From Fimbriosthenelais zetlandica (taxonomy: Eukaryota): a stretch of DNA of 64,000 nucleotides. Below are positions 37,501 through 52,480 of the stretch, in pieces. The stretch spans positions 36,084,001 through 36,148,000 of the forward strand of contig OZ365110.1 in NCBI GenBank assembly GCA_977030845.1. Direction: 5' to 3'. How positions within the stretch are numbered: position 1 is the first letter of the stretch; the number at the start of each line of letters is the position of its first letter. Position numbers and translations under genes: made by a program. Under the pieces are notes generated by a model that was given only the letters and a program-made list of their open reading frames with translations, was not told where the DNA came from and did not search any database.

Positions 37501-40500
37501 AAAAGAAAGTGCAACAAAGACTTTCGAAAATGACGCAAGCACTTAAAGACATAATTCAACTCGGTTTTAAACTGTCCTATTGCAAAATAATTCGGTCAAT
37601 TAACATTTTACAGGGTCCAGTGTATTTGTGTGCGTGTGAATTATGGGAAATGATTGAAGTTTTTACAGGGTCATAGCTCATGATACTTTGATTGGGCTCG
37701 CTTTAAGCAGCCGCCTGAATATTTAAAGATAAAAGGAATTGTATTCAATGAGGTGTTGAGAGACGTGGGGTGGGGGCTTTTAGATATTCTCGGCACGATG
37801 AATTGTGATTTAGGCAATGGACGAGTATTATCCTAATAACGCAAGAAAAACTTAAAAATGAAATTTGGATACAATAAAATTTCAGGAAATTGACATATTC
37901 AACGAATTTATAAGTGTATAGTATGAATATGTCCCTTCTAACTCAGTCAGGCAGGAACCTGTTTCAGACGAAATAATACACCGTTCTATGAAACAGGCCA
38001 AATGTCTGGCATATTAACCGTTTCATTGCTCAATTATATTACGCAGGAGCAAACCGGACAAAGAGACGAGCATGCAGATCTAAGAAGTCCAGCAATATTC
38101 TTCTCAAGCTTTTTTTCAGCCTAGGGAGAAGCTTCCAAACAAGCGTGATTAAAAATATCCGGATCAGTCTGAGGAACAGGTCCCTCGATGGCTGCCATTT
38201 TGTCTGCTGATCCTAATGTCCTTTCAAACTGACATGGCCACATTCAGATGTCAGCCTTGGTAAATGGGCCAAGCTACAGGGTGGCCCAGGAGGCCAAACA
38301 ATTCCCAGCCACAAATTGTAGGTGATTAATTGATATTGATCCTTGGGCCAGGCCTGCAAGTATAGCATATCAAATCAAGTCAAGACATCGGGGTGAGTGA
38401 CAGTCTGGTTTTGAGACGGACATTGTCCAGCAGAGAAAATGAGCAAGAAAATTGGCCAAACATTATCAGGTATATATATATGCATGGACGTAGGATATCC
38501 CAGCCAGCTATATATACTTTTATTTCAATCAATTGCAGCTCTTCAGTTCAAGGCCCTTAGTATGAAGTTCCCTTATATGAATTCTATCCTGATTGAAATT
38601 CAAGCAGTAGTGATGGACAATCAGTGGTGATGGAAAATCTGTGAAATCAAGGCAAAACAATCAACGGTTGGCCTAATAGACTTCAAGGTTTTTCTGCATA
38701 ATTTGCCCAAAATGACATATTGTGAGACTGTCCTTTTTGGTACACAGATAAAGTGGGGAAGTTTCAAATGTCAAGCTGCCTTCACTGACAAAGCTTGAAG
38801 ATGTTGCCAAGCTGTTCACTATCCGGTTTAAATGACAGGTACAACCATGACTTTTACTTTTAAAAATGATTGCCATAAAACCACTTGACTCAAGGCCATA
38901 CACTTGCAATGCTTTAAGTTTCACCTCTGGCCAGTCCCTGTTACAGAGACGAATAACACTTATCTAACAGAAAGTGCAGAGAGCCTCTTATATTTGGCTC
39001 CGTCTCAATAATCACAAAGCCATGGATGTACCTGGACTGGGGTGCATTGATTCAGTCCATGCACATGGATCAGACCTCAGAAATTTGAATCCATGGTGAT
39101 CCAAGTCGTATGATATGTTGATGCAAAAATAGGCAGTCGTGTTGACAGCTCAATTGGTGGGGAAGACAAACAGCCTTTTAGTTCACCAACCAAGAGAAGG
39201 TATTCAACACTGCACCATTTTGCAATAGGAGGAGCAGAGGCCATGAAATCGAAAATTAATATTGGCAAAGCCATCGGGTGAATAAAGTTGACGGTATGAT
39301 TGTTTGAAGTAGGCAGTTCGCATTTCATCTAAAGGTAATAATTTGTGTCAATGATCCAGCTGGGCCTTCGAAATTATTTGCCGGTGTGGTGTATCCATTT
39401 CATCCGTCGCAATGGAAGTTCAGTTACAGTGAAGTGTAGTTGAAAAGCACCAGCTGCCAGATCGCATATGCCTGACGGTGGCTGAGGCAGATCAGGGGAG
39501 AACATTCTATAATAACACCATATCAATAGATTAAAGTGGGCTTCTAAAGCCCTTCCATGGATTTTCTCTTGATGGTCATTTTTTTCTGTTGGTACGAGAA
39601 GCCAAACAGCCAATGACTCTGTGTCCATTTACATGCAAATGGCTCCTCAGCTGGCCAGAGTCTCCGAATCGATGGTATTATCATATAGAAGTGATTACTG
39701 GAATCGTTTATGTAAATTAGTGCTACTTGAATCAGCCTTCTGAAACAAGGTCAGAACTCAGAGACCTGGGCTTAAGTTATTGTTGGCCGCTTTACTGAGC
39801 AAGCCTGTAAGAACATAGTCCCCTATGATGCCTGCACCATGGGCTTGGAGACAGCCAACATGGTCTGGCATCATAGATAAAAATGTTATAAGAAAAACCT
39901 CAAAGTCTAAACATTAAGACATTCGTGGTACACACATGAGCTGTAATTGAAAGCAATCACCAGCTTCCAAGAAGCCATGAAACGTCCATATATACGTCAA
40001 TCAATGCAGGGTATTAGTAATAGATGGACCGAGCTTCTACTGACATTTTATTACATCTAGATTTATGGCTTGTGGGTACAAGCAGGGGAGATATTCACAG
40101 TGACTATGTCGACAACACATTTTCCTTCAGTCTTATGTCTTTCTCATTCAGCTCAGGAGATTACAGCTTAGCCTAGCCCTTTTTTTAAAAGTGATAAACT
40201 TAATTTCTATTATTTGGATAGTATATACCTCAGGGATATTTTTAAATCTAACTTGTCTGCTCCTCATGGAAGAAAATCAGTTTTGGTTTTAACTCAGATA
40301 CAATGGGTGAGAGGCGCTCAGCGGTTGCTGGAAAAGAAAGGTTATGCCCTACGGCTCCTGACAGGATTTCAAACCATGGTACTCCACCTACAGAAAAGAT
40401 CCTACTCAGAGCTGGGTCGCATTGCGTGCGAAAGTCGCTTCTTTCACTGAGTAACTCACTAAATGGGGTTGTGATAAGGTCGCGTGGATCCCTCTGAGAA

Positions 40501-43500
40501 GACTTGGGTTTGACTACAAGCCGTGTTGAACCCTTTCAAAGGACTGACCTACTTGATCAAAGCTGTTGAAAACCTTCCCGGGTGAATCATCTTTTGCAGG
40601 TCCTTTTCGAAGGGCCTAGTCATAACAGATTGGGGATAACTTACTTTACAAGGCATTAGTATTAAGATTTTGCAATTTTAAATGTTCTTCTGCTGGCAAT
40701 CAATAGTCTACGGCACACTTGTATACAGTTGCTAATAGAAATATATATCCTTAGTTTGAAAAGGTGCTGACAACTCTTTTTCAGGCAGAATTGCAGGCAC
40801 AAGCACTCTTGTAAGACAAAATTAATTTCATGATCGTGACTTACCAGGCATATTTATCAAATTATGGGCGTGGCTGATGATCTATATGATCTCAAATGTA
40901 TAGGCCGACCAAATGAATATCTGTGTCACCCAATAACTTCCACTCGCTTTCTAACGTAGTGAACATTGCAAATGACACAATCTTAAAAACATATCCCCGA
41001 GGTTGCAAAAAATCGTGATCGAGGGATCTTTACATGTGTCGACAGGATCATTTACCAGTTGATTATCAGTAAAATGATTTACTTCTAAAATGCTGATAAT
41101 CTAGCCCAGAGGGGGCCGCGCCTGGGAACCACATCGGAAGCCTACTCCATCAGATCTAGGGCACATAGCTGGCGGCAGCCTTCACTCAATGCAAGGCTCC
41201 AGTACCTTATACGCCACTCTACATGCATGCCAATCTATCATCAGGGGCCGTTTGATGATAGGGATACTGCATGTTTGGTTTACTTGTTCAATCTTGACTC
41301 TTTGGATGACAGGCAGCCTCGCCAAATATAGCCTAGAAGTGCAGATCCCTCGTTCCCCGACCCTGCGACTCAATAATTTGGAAGACGTTTGAAGCGCTGT
41401 TCGACACCCACTGGTAGTTCTTCTAACATTACTGATTCTGCATATAGGCCTATACCTACTATAAATATTATTCTTACAAAAATAGATAAATATATTCTAT
41501 TGAGTTGCATGATATGACTGTCAGATCCACTCAAACTACTTTTTGCTACTGGGGAAAGACACTTTAGTTAGATTCTATCTTGATACAATACTAACACCCT
41601 ACTATAATGTACATAATTCTATTAGCACACCGGACCCTCAACTCTGCAAGATACAGAGTTATATCCACTATTATACAGCAGATGGATCCACCCGGGTAGG
41701 GTGAATATTGGGGGACGAGGAGGTCTAATCCATATCAGTTGTATTCTGCTCAAAATCTTAACATGCGATTGCATGAATTGCAATGTATAAGTGCCCTTCC
41801 GTGCATGCAGAAAATTCAAACTCAGACACAAACTGCAATTACAGGTGAGGGGGATATAGTCACGAAATGATTCTCAATTGAACTGGGAAGATTTACACTA
41901 ACGGAACAAATTTCGCTTTTGTGTCTATAATTGTCTGATGGACTATCAAACAATGTATTTTAATGTTGCATTTGTTCTTTTCCCATCGAAGAATTATCAA
42001 GCTATCATTGTTCACCTCATGTGTTCCCAGCATACTGTAATATTTTATACAATATGATATATACCTCATATCCCCTAGTCACATATAGAATTGACTATTC
42101 ACTATTATAGTGAAAAATATGTATACAGACCTATATAGCATGCCAGAACATAGCTACATAGGAGTTAAAATCGGTCTTTGCTTATAATAGTAATTGCTTC
42201 TGGCTTCTTCTTGAATGACACCATTACGAGAAGGAGGTATTCCCTACCACCCATATATAACATGGTAGGAACCCTGCACGGCTGTGATCCATCCACCGTA
42301 CTAATAAGTCGACTGCCTGTGCTGTCGTGGGTACATAATCTATCATGAAGGAGTAGGGCTTAATCATGGCAGAACTCCACTGCTGAGGTTATGGTAGCCA
42401 CTCTTGAAGCCACTCCTCGAAGCAAGAGAATGTACCAACGAAATTAGTCTCAGGAGGCCTTGGACCTTTATACTCGGATATGCCATAAAGCAGCGCATGG
42501 GCGATCGATCCAATGGTATTTACATATCCAGGGAAAAAAGAGGAACAGACATCGATTCAAATGGGAACAGATCCAACTGGTTAGTGGAGGATCGAAGCTG
42601 GTCCCAATAAAGGCCTTGCTGGTGATCCACATCTGTGGGGGTATCTGTGGGATTGTAAATCACTGAGACAGGCCTCGCTAGGGCTGGTCTCACCGGCTGC
42701 TCTCCAAAATGCATTTCTCTATGCTCAAATAAACGGTTTCTGACCGGTGGAGGTCGCAGATCAGCCTGTTATTAAATTAGAGTTGATTATGAGGGAAAGG
42801 AGGGCTTTGGCATGGCCAGTCTAGGGATGGGAGGTGGGTATTGCTCTGGAAAGGAAGAGCAAGCTCAGGAGGGGAGGAGCCACAGCTGAATGGTGAAACT
42901 GGCGCCCACTGCAATGATAAAGCTAGGCCAACAGTTTTCTCTATTTGCCCCTGGCTAGGCCATGGACCGCGACTTAAGGTCTGGATGGCAGATGCATTAC
43001 ATCCTCATCAATTAAGCCCACGCCCACCGAGGCACATCTGTAGTTGTTATTGATTAACACATACGCCAAACCTATTTTTTTATTTTCAATTTTATCTTTA
43101 GTAACTTGGGCTCTGCTTCAGAAAAATCCATCCGCCAACATATTTATAGCATTGTCGCATTGGCAAAAGTAGCATTTTTTTGTAAAGCCCAAACGATTTC
43201 ACAAATTAGGATGTGTCTCTATAAATTCATGTGTACCACAAAATTATAGACAGTATCTAATACCATTTGCAATGTGACCTTAATTTTGGTAATTGGTTAT
43301 TTCGAAAAAAGACCAATTGGAGAGACTGAAGTCATGCCTTTATTTCAAGTGGATGAAAAAAAGGCAATTTTGCCAGCACTGCACTCACAGGATCCATGCA
43401 GACATTTGAGAAATTGACTGAGCTTTTAATAAAAAGAAATCATCTTCAAATAGACCAATATGCAGGATGGCTTCCTATGGCGGAGGAAATTCTAAACGTT

Positions 43501-46500
43501 TGATCTTCCCATTCACAAGAGGTGGTGCCCCTCAGTCTGAAGAATTCTGGTGGAAAGGGAGGAAAGAATTAAAGGCCATGGACGAGATCCATCAGCGGCC
43601 AAATTGCACTGTGGCTAAAGGCAGAAAATGGCAAACAGACATGCGAGTGGAGAATCACCGGAGAAAGAAGTTATTGCACCCTGTAGAGGATCCAGGTTTA
43701 ACTTGTAGCCAGTTAAATAAAGCTATTGCCTCATATGCCAATACATGTAAGATGTAATCCAGCCTGTATGTCGGCTCAGGTAGCATGATAGGCCTATATA
43801 ATATTATTCTCTTTAAGAAATCACCGACAGTATAGATCTTACAAACATGCATGTGAAAAAACGTCAACCCCACCCGCAGGCAATTGTCAAGTGCTTGTGT
43901 ATGGATTACCTGGAGAAGAAAATTGGTTCAAATTGATAAGTGTGTCACTGCTTTATTTGAAATTCCCTGCTCGGGGTTGAATGGTTACAGTATCTGGTTG
44001 CACCTTATATGTACCTAGTGAGGTTGCATGGGAAATTATTTCCATACGACATGTAATTAGATTTCCAGTATAAACTTATAGACATTGCATGGGCAAGAAC
44101 AGAAATGTATAGATTAGCTTGGATGGCATGATGGCTGGAAGGATTGCAATGAGACCTCTCCACTGCCGATTAGCAGCTGACCAACGACTTTCAGATTTTT
44201 GCTATAGTTTCTCACGACTATTGTGCACGTGCAGTTCGCCCGTCGTGATTCGAATTCCCCACAGAAAGCCACGAGTATAGCCACTTGGTGACTATTCCCT
44301 AACTCAACTGACATGAATAATATCAGTGTTAACTCTCAGGACTGGTTTTTTAACGACTTCAAAGCGAAACAACAACCCAGACCATGGGTTGAGGTAATTG
44401 GCTTAACCTGATTTTGCAACCATGCATACTTGCCTCTGCATTGCAGCATCTCTAGATAAGACAAGGTTGAAACTCATATCTTTCATTTTTAGTGGGGAAA
44501 GATTATATTGATGAGATCCATATTATGATATATTATAAATAGCCACGCCCATTGTAAGAAACTCACAGCAACCTTATGTATACATCAAGTATGTGGGAGG
44601 TATACAGAAACCTGGCCTTGGATGTGGTTTATCCTTCTATTTATCCTTTCTTCATACACGCTATGGCTTAGTTACACTGGGTATTTTTAGCAGTTGATCA
44701 TTCAGCCTCAATGCCACCAGTATGCAACACCCCGCCTGGGTTCTACCCACTTGGCCTATACATTGACCTGCCCTAGCTGATGCTCCTCCCCTTGCAGCCA
44801 TGCAACCGTTAGCTCTCAGCGAGCAGTGAAAGCGCATACCATTTAGTGCAGTGCCAAGCGACAAAGGTACCCAGTGATTCCTGACATCTCCATCTCTGCC
44901 CACCAGCCTCTCTCAATGTGTGACTGCCTTAGGGGAGAGAGAAAGGCAGAAAGTAGGTCAGCTGTTGTTAGGGTTATCACACCGTGGAGAACACTGGAGA
45001 ATGACGCAGAAGACCAGCATTTCATGTGTGAAATCAGAAAGAGCTCAAATGAAGCCCATAAGGATGTGTATACATGTACATAAGTACCATGGCACCATCG
45101 ATAAAGACTTGATATGGCGAAGATAACTACTGTAAAATTAGATAGGGATCGATGGTCAAGGAATAGGTTGTACATAATCAGATAACATTATATCTGTTGG
45201 TAAAACAATGATAAGCCATGTACGGTATAACACCGCATATAGAAATGGGAATGTTGAAATTTCATTTCATGTAAATGTATTAATCATGTACAATAAAACT
45301 AGAAAATACATGTTAACACGGGATAAGTGGAAAAAAATCATGTCACTCAGAAAAAACTCACACCGGGGCCATGTCAATTACAAGAAAACTGACGCTCAAA
45401 CACCAATATCATCTACCAAGCCAAACAGTATAGTAATAGAGGTATCATCGACCAAGTCAGGCAGTAAGTAGTAAAGCGAAATGTGGCTTTGCATGTGGCT
45501 ATATATGGTTAGTAGTATAGAGAAAGTGGGCATTGCTGATGGCAAGGGCTATATTCACTTTTACCATATGTTGCAGTCATATCTCTTACTTTTTCCCCCA
45601 GTTAATGGCCAAGTTCTGTGTAACGCTGGCTGAGGTTAAAACCGATTTCCAGAGAGGCAGATGGATGGTTTACATCACATGTAGGGTGGGATTGGAGCAG
45701 GTCGAGGTAAAGGTTACCTAAATAAGCATTAACGTTCATCATATCAATAATTCACCACGCCGCTACCAGTGCCAGACAGCAGGGAAATATTTTGTTACAC
45801 ATATTGGCTTGATTCCTCACGGGAAAGGTTTGTTCAGAGGGAGAACATCGATCTTTGTCATCACATCATGATACCTGCCACAATGGGCGACAGATTAAAT
45901 CAAGATCACGGTCGCTTTGATGTCAAATGAAAACTGGAACTTGCATGTTTGTTTTCCACATGGTTGCGGTTCATCATTTGCAATTTGGTCTCCTTTCAAA
46001 CTGTGAGGATGAATTATCGATCCAATGAGCTACACAGAGTATGGGTAGATTATCTATTTAGAGTACAATAAGGCCTCAATACTCCAAATCATATCTCGCA
46101 AAAATCCATAATTTGAGTGGTGAGATGGGACTGGGAGGCTTTTTACATTTTTCACTTGCTTTAATGGGTATTGGGGTTCTCGTCTTGCAGGGAGAAAGAT
46201 TTATGCTGGTGTCGTGTGACTGAGTGATAAATCTGACTTTCTAGCGGGAGATGTTGATGCATTAGCCGAGTTGACTGCGGCCTTTGGAGAGTCATTCGGG
46301 CCACATACGTCTGGACGATATTACCAAGGCTAAGTCCAAATTACTGGTCAAAAACATGAGATTTCTCCATCCTGGCAGATTCCAAGTTGACAGATTGTTA
46401 TCATTCTAGCTGCTTTGGCAGCAGGTGGTCCGCACACTTGTCTCATCTCCTGAGCCGAGGCACCCCATACACATGTATTACTTTCGATGCCATCCATTGA

Positions 46501-46795
46501 TATATTTCAATACTATGACCCCTGGTCGTATTCCATGATTCATTTGTATGTTTTGTTCCTGGTTATCAATCAAAAAGCGAAGAACCCCAAAGTCTGCATG
46601 TTGGAGAGATAAGTGAGTATGATTGGTGAGAATAAGCATCCGCTGCAATGAATTGGTGGCAGGAAATGGACCTTATTCCTGAGGAAGTTCCCCTCATAAT
46701 GCACATCTTATAGCTCATGAACTCTCATGCATCATATTCCATTATGATACACTACCGCTATTAAATATGCGACACTGTCCCATCTCAAATTTATA

Positions 46796-47046
46796 CAGGG
46801 GTGCCACACATAGGTCAGAAAAGAATTCACTGGCTTATACATGTACCTGGCTCATGATATCTTTCCAGGTAGGCTATAGTATTACCACAAATCCCACCGC
46901 AAAATAGGGGGAAATTTCAATCATATATATATGATTATGAAATTCCCTGACTTTCAGCAGAATTGACAATTTCCCTGACTTGACGTGTCCATGACCTTGA
47001 CAAATTGGCAGTTTTCCCTTACTTTTCAAATTGTGTGGCAACCCTG
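46796..47046. mobile_element. MITE-like non-autonomous DNA element, about 250 bp
   Basis: 15-bp terminal inverted repeats caggggtgccacaca / tgtgtggcaaccctg (14/15 match). Internal ttccct(g/t)ac repeats. No ORF. Confidence 0.75.
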
Positions 47047-49194
47047 TGGAAAGTATGGAAAATTCTAGAAAATGACGAGTGAAACCCGTGGACGAAGCGT
47101 TGGGTTCTTTAAGGCACTACGTCCATACATCAGAACAAAACCATGGATAATTCATTGATATTAATATCTCTCCCAGCATCCCTTCTGAAAGTTACCAATC
47201 CTAATCCTTTCTGTTCACTGCTCAAAACAGGCATGAGTGAAAGAATAATGGAAAGGAAAGTAGGGCACATCGATATAAGATAAGAGTGTTGTCTCCCCCC
47301 ATTGAGCGCTTCCTCCGCCTACTCATCCTCCTTCAAGGAGTAGACAGGGACCACAGAAGGTTGATATAATAAGCCAGTTCCCCTGCAAAGGGTTAATTTA
47401 TTGATGTAATGTAGAAGCCATGTTCACTGGAGAGATGTAGCTTTGTCTTTTTTATCATGAACGTCCAAGAGTAGCGTGTCTGTCAGATCCAGAGCGAAGG
47501 AAAAAGAGAGAAAGGAGAGAAGAGAAGGGGATCCTTGGTAAAACCAAGCATTATGTTCTCAACCGATTTATAGCACACCCTCTATTCCCCATTGGATTGA
47601 TCTGCCAAGCCTTGCTGGACGTCCCATTGTGTAGGCCGAGCAAGACGTTCTGCTTTAGAAAAGGCATCTCCCATAACAGGGGCCATGCCTACCACGGTCA
47701 GGTCCCAGTCTCCGCCTAATCAGTTTACCTGTAACAGAGGCCAGAATTGGGAGCGATTGGTGGCCAACAGCCTGCCAAGCCCTCTCTATGGAATCTGCTG
47801 ATCGGATCGGGATAAGTCTAATGACCCATTGACAACAATCAAAATAAATGATGGCCGCCCTTAGCATGATAAAATTGCATAGCCGGAGAAATGGAATTAG
47901 ACATCGGTTCCTAACCGGACATCCCCCCATATATATGTACGAAATACTGCAGATGGGTGGAAATAGGCAGATCAGGAGACAAATGGAGAATTTGGGAAGC
48001 TTAGGAACTGGGGTGTACGGTATAATAGGAAAAATGTGTAATTGACCAAGCTCTGATATGTGATATGGCAATTAATGCCTTTAGTCTGCCAGAGCAAGGA
48101 GAGAGATCAGCGTTAACAAGGATGGAACCTGAAGCCCTCCAGTGTATGGGCTGTGATGTTCCCACGAGTAGAGAATGCTTGTTAACATTATCCTGCTAAT
48201 TGACTTTCCATTATGGGTTCTCCTGTCAAGACAGACAGACAGAAAATAGAGGGCAGAGGCAGAACGATAAGAACAGAGAGAGAGAGAGAAGGCTTTTATT
48301 AAAGTGAACAGAAGCCTCTTCAATACCACAATGCTTATGTCCTACCGGACACTCAGCTAAGTGAAGTAAGATTGATGTCACCCTAGTCTTTCCTAGCGAG
48401 GCTGTGTTGAAAGAGATCTCATGTTACTGATTCCTAGACAATTGGCCCATCCACAATCCAGCTTCATCTCAACCCACTTCTCATAAATCTAGCCCGGGAG
48501 ATTAACTGATACACATTACGGATATTTATGTCCCCAGGTTAATTTCCATTAGCCAATAGAGTCTAATATAATACTGTGCACGCTCAAGCCGTCTTGACCT
48601 TTATAAGATGCTGGTCTACATATTGTACCTATCAGGTTTATCTTCTTATGGGAGAATTACCATAATACAGGATGTATCCAGCTGTTAGTTAGGCCTATCA
48701 CTGTGCCTCACATAATGACTGGTTCACCCATAGGTTAATGTCCTGGACTATAACCGATAGGTAACCGACCTTTTAACAAATTGAATAATTTGCATCAATC
48801 CATTGTTAAAATGTGCTCCACAAAGAGGCATTTGTTAGGTGGGTTCGAGGTGATGGATATGCCCAGTATCTGTTGGAACCCCAATCAACTGAATTAAAAT
48901 TTGGTATTTCCACTTAGATTAAACCCAGGCGCTTTTTACACCAAAAATGAACTATATATTAACCCATAGATTTGGATAATGTAGAATAAGTGTGCTGAAA
49001 CAGCTAGGCCCAAAAGCTTAACCACATTTTAGACACTGAATTGTACTCAAATACGGGGAGACTGAAGAGAAATTGAAGTATCTTGCTACATGCAATGTTT
49101 TTCATCAGTATCCAGAAATTTGTAAAAACATTCTTGACATGTTAACAGGACCAGGCTTTTACTTAAACTACAAAAACAAGTCTGGTTCACCTAC

Positions 49195-49313
49195 CTGTGA
49201 GTTGCCCAATGTAGGCGCGTGATGTATCGTAATACATTTCTCCCTGACTAGTTTCCACCACCAAATTTGGATGGAAAACACCGAGGTCCCGACGCATCCG
49301 CAGATTAAATGTT
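49195..49313 (-). CDS. ADAM10: ADAM10 exon E2 (prodomain, RTFNLRMRRDLGVFHPNLVVETSQGEMYYDTSRAYIGQLTG)
   Basis: Matches ADAM10 FNLRMKRD...YDTSHIYTG. Acceptor atttcag|A, donor ACAG|gtaggt. 119 nt, phase 2 to 1. Confidence 0.95.
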
Positions 49314-51269
49314 CTGAAATGACACAAGGTCATATTTCCATTATAAGTGAGGGCAGGATCAAATTCTAAGCACCTATACGACATGATTATTAACTGTCAC
49401 TATATCCGTTTATAATGTTGTGAGTCATATCGATTTCTAGTCTCATATTTTCATATAAAGAGGGGTGTCTTTTTGGTTTTGGTTTATTTATAAACATGTT
49501 AATTGCTTTTCTGATACATAAATATTGTGAGTATTCACAGTTTCGGCTGTATATTAACATTAAAATGGCATTCCATATTTCTGGGAATCAAGAAAAATGA
49601 CTTCGGTATTAACTACGCAGCACCCAAATGACAGTCTCGTCACACTAATATTGAGCCTTGAAACAAAGACTGGGTGTCATGTGAAGCTGGGAGAAACACC
49701 TGAAATTCCTCAAATGACACGAGACATTAACTGAGTTAATGGCATTTGGCTGGGAGATACGGAATTACATGCATAGAATTCCACAGGAACACTAGAATCA
49801 TCCGTGGGGGAACGAGATATAAATGGAATTATAATGAGGAGCTCCTGAAGCGTATACTTTATACGGGCAATCAGAATATGATGCTCTGAAGCAACTTTAA
49901 TAGAAAAAAGAACATCATCAAGACACTGATAAAACTATGAGCTTAAACTTCACTTTTACTGATCACCTTCGCACAGTAGTTCTTATAAATCATTATTCCA
50001 TCTTTAATAATCAGTTGGCTATTTTTTAGGTCACTAATGGAGCAGGCTTTCATGTGAATCAGGCCCCTGACTCTTGTTTCATAACGGACTTGCGCTACAT
50101 TAGACAATATGAGTTAATGTAGCACATCTTTCTTCTTAACATCGGTCTTCTGTTTTGCTACACGGCCTCTCTTGCCTCTCTCAGAGTCTGAGATGTAGAA
50201 GCTCTTACATCACCTCTCCCTGTTACTATAACTAGGATAAGTCTTTCTTCTTGCAGCGTCTAGCTTAGAAACAGAACCTTTCTACCGTAGCTAGACTAAA
50301 GCGTCATGATGTTCAGCCTATGGCAGCTTGCTCGTCTGACGGTTTGATGTATTCGATCCTTTCTCCCCCTGAACAAGGTCAAAAATAGACTTCCAATGAT
50401 AGGATCAGTCGGTACGACCAACCCTCCCTTCACTCCAGCCATTTTCCATGTCAGTAGCGATCATCATCATATTTTTTGTCGGATGTTGAATGGACATGTA
50501 TTTGGACTCGGCTGGTGGTTGCACGGTTATAGCAGTCTGGATTTTTGATTGATGTTGGAATGTTAGTGATGTGGATGAGGACGAGAGAAGATGATGAAGA
50601 TGGGGGAGAGAGAGGGTATAGAAGGGGATTATGATTAAAAGCGGGTGAATTCTGGCTTGTGGTACGGCTTGATTGATGGGCCTCGTGGCCTGATTAGAAG
50701 CAGCGTGGATTAACTAATAGGTGGATCAGTGGATGGGGGATGATAGGAATGTAAAGATATACAAATCAAATAATTAGCCAAAGTGTTAACGGATCATGAA
50801 GCAAACTGACCACAGATAAACAGTGTGGGGACAGACGTGATAGAATTAGTCATTTCATAAATGACGCAGCACAGCCATGATGAACTGAACGATTACCACA
50901 AATCCTATTCAATTGCTCCTAATTAAGCTACACCTTATTATAAATCTATATGACACAATGATAAATCATTATGGCTATATATAAGCTTTGGGTTTTCCAG
51001 ACCCTTCAAACTGTTTGTTCAATCATTTTGGATATAGAAATAGAGATCAGACGGAAAAGGGAATACTCCCAATGCATCAGTCAGAAAGATATTGCGCTAT
51101 TTAATTTAATAGCGTTAATAGAGTTATTATCAGAGTGGCAATTCTTATGTATTTCCATTAAACAGTTGAAACAGTCCATAAGATGATGATACATGGACAC
51201 GTTTATTGGTAGAGGAATATCAGGAGGAGGATATTGGTAAAGGAGCATGTAGTGTAAGAGGGAACTCAC

Positions 51270-51402
51270 CTGCCGTGGGCTTCAAAGCTGAGGTGAAGGT
51301 GGGTGTCAGGTGAGCGTTTAGCCCTGTGATGATCCAGGTGAAGACGGTCATGGTCGTAATACACTGGTTCATAATGGCGAATATAGTCACTTAAAGGTGT
51401 GC
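51270..51402 (-). CDS. ADAM10: ADAM10/Kuzbanian coding exon E1 (first visible; start of prodomain, [45 protein letters not shown])
   Basis: Recognisable ADAM10 prodomain start (YIRHYE...HxRAKR...F.AHGR). Acceptor ctttgttgtag|GC, donor GGCAG|gtgagt. 133 nt, phase 1 to 2. Confidence 0.93.
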
Positions 51403-51505
51403 CTACAACAAAGTAAAGACAGTCAGATAAGAATTCTACAACAGACAAAGTAAAGAGAGTCGTATAAGGAGTCTATAACAAAGTAAAGAGAGTCGGATAA
51501 GAATT
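51403..51505 (-). repeat. Three tandem 33-37 bp copies of the 3' splice-site region upstream of E1
   Basis: Minus-strand units: aattcttatccgactctctttactttgttatag / actccttatacgactctctttactttgtctgttgtag / aattcttatctgactgtctttactttgttgtag. Confidence 0.9.
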
Positions 51506-52460
51506 CTATAATTATTTTAGATTTCCCCTGACGGGTCCCCTGACCGGTGAACGTTTTCTATAGATTATGATCAGTGTACTGTATATGATGAACTACGAGG
51601 AAGAAATTCAAAATGTATCGTAGTTTTGATGTAAAGAAAGGGCCTCGGAGTAATTATATGACAGCAAAGTCCTGGTGCATTGTCCTTATTATTCAACTGA
51701 GGCAGCTCAGCATTCACTTGAAGGGCTATTAAAACACAGGCATACAATAAATGTATAGGCCTTACCTACATAATTTATAATACCTATATTGTCGACTCTG
51801 TGTTATTTTGATCTATAATTCATTTGATCATATTACGCTGATGTCAATTTTCTGGTTGCGCATCAATGCTTTCTTTGGTGCTGAAGATATTAATAAGATA
51901 TAAAGGATGGCCAATGAAAGTACATCGCTCCAAGACTGTCAGGCCACTTAGTCATGAAGTGTAGTCTGTAATACATGATGTATGATATCCAGGCATGTTC
52001 TGTCGATTTGCTAACTATTAAACCTTCCTGGTTGTGTTTGCCCAATCAAACGGGGAGTAATAAAGCAATGTAACATTTAACGGGCAGTCAAATAGACATG
52101 TCTTTCTTCTGTGTTTCTAGATGTTTCTACGTATATTCAAAGGAAACTGTAGCATCCAGTCAAGTCATACTTATCAGACTTATGTTTACCAACAATCAGG
52201 CATTTCGATATAGTATTTTAATTCTGTCTCTACTATATCAAAATGCCTGATTGTTGGTAAACATAAGTCTGATATACATGTACTGTATGCAATCGGTCTC
52301 GCCAATACATAATACCCAATCATAGAATTCGATGTAGACGGAATAATTTATTTAAAGTCGCCTTTTGCTACCGAACCAGACCCATGAAAAACATGCTTAG
52401 TAGCATACGAGAGGCGAGACATGCAATGGCAGCATTATATATTGGATGTAGTAAAATTAC

Positions 52461-52480
52461 ATATATATATATATATATAT
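52461..52480. repeat. (AT)10 microsatellite
   Basis: Direct reading. Confidence 0.9.

Noticed and set aside
38277-38357. Short imperfect inverted repeat (cagggtggccca / tgggccaggcctg)
   Set aside because: Too short and mismatched to call an element.
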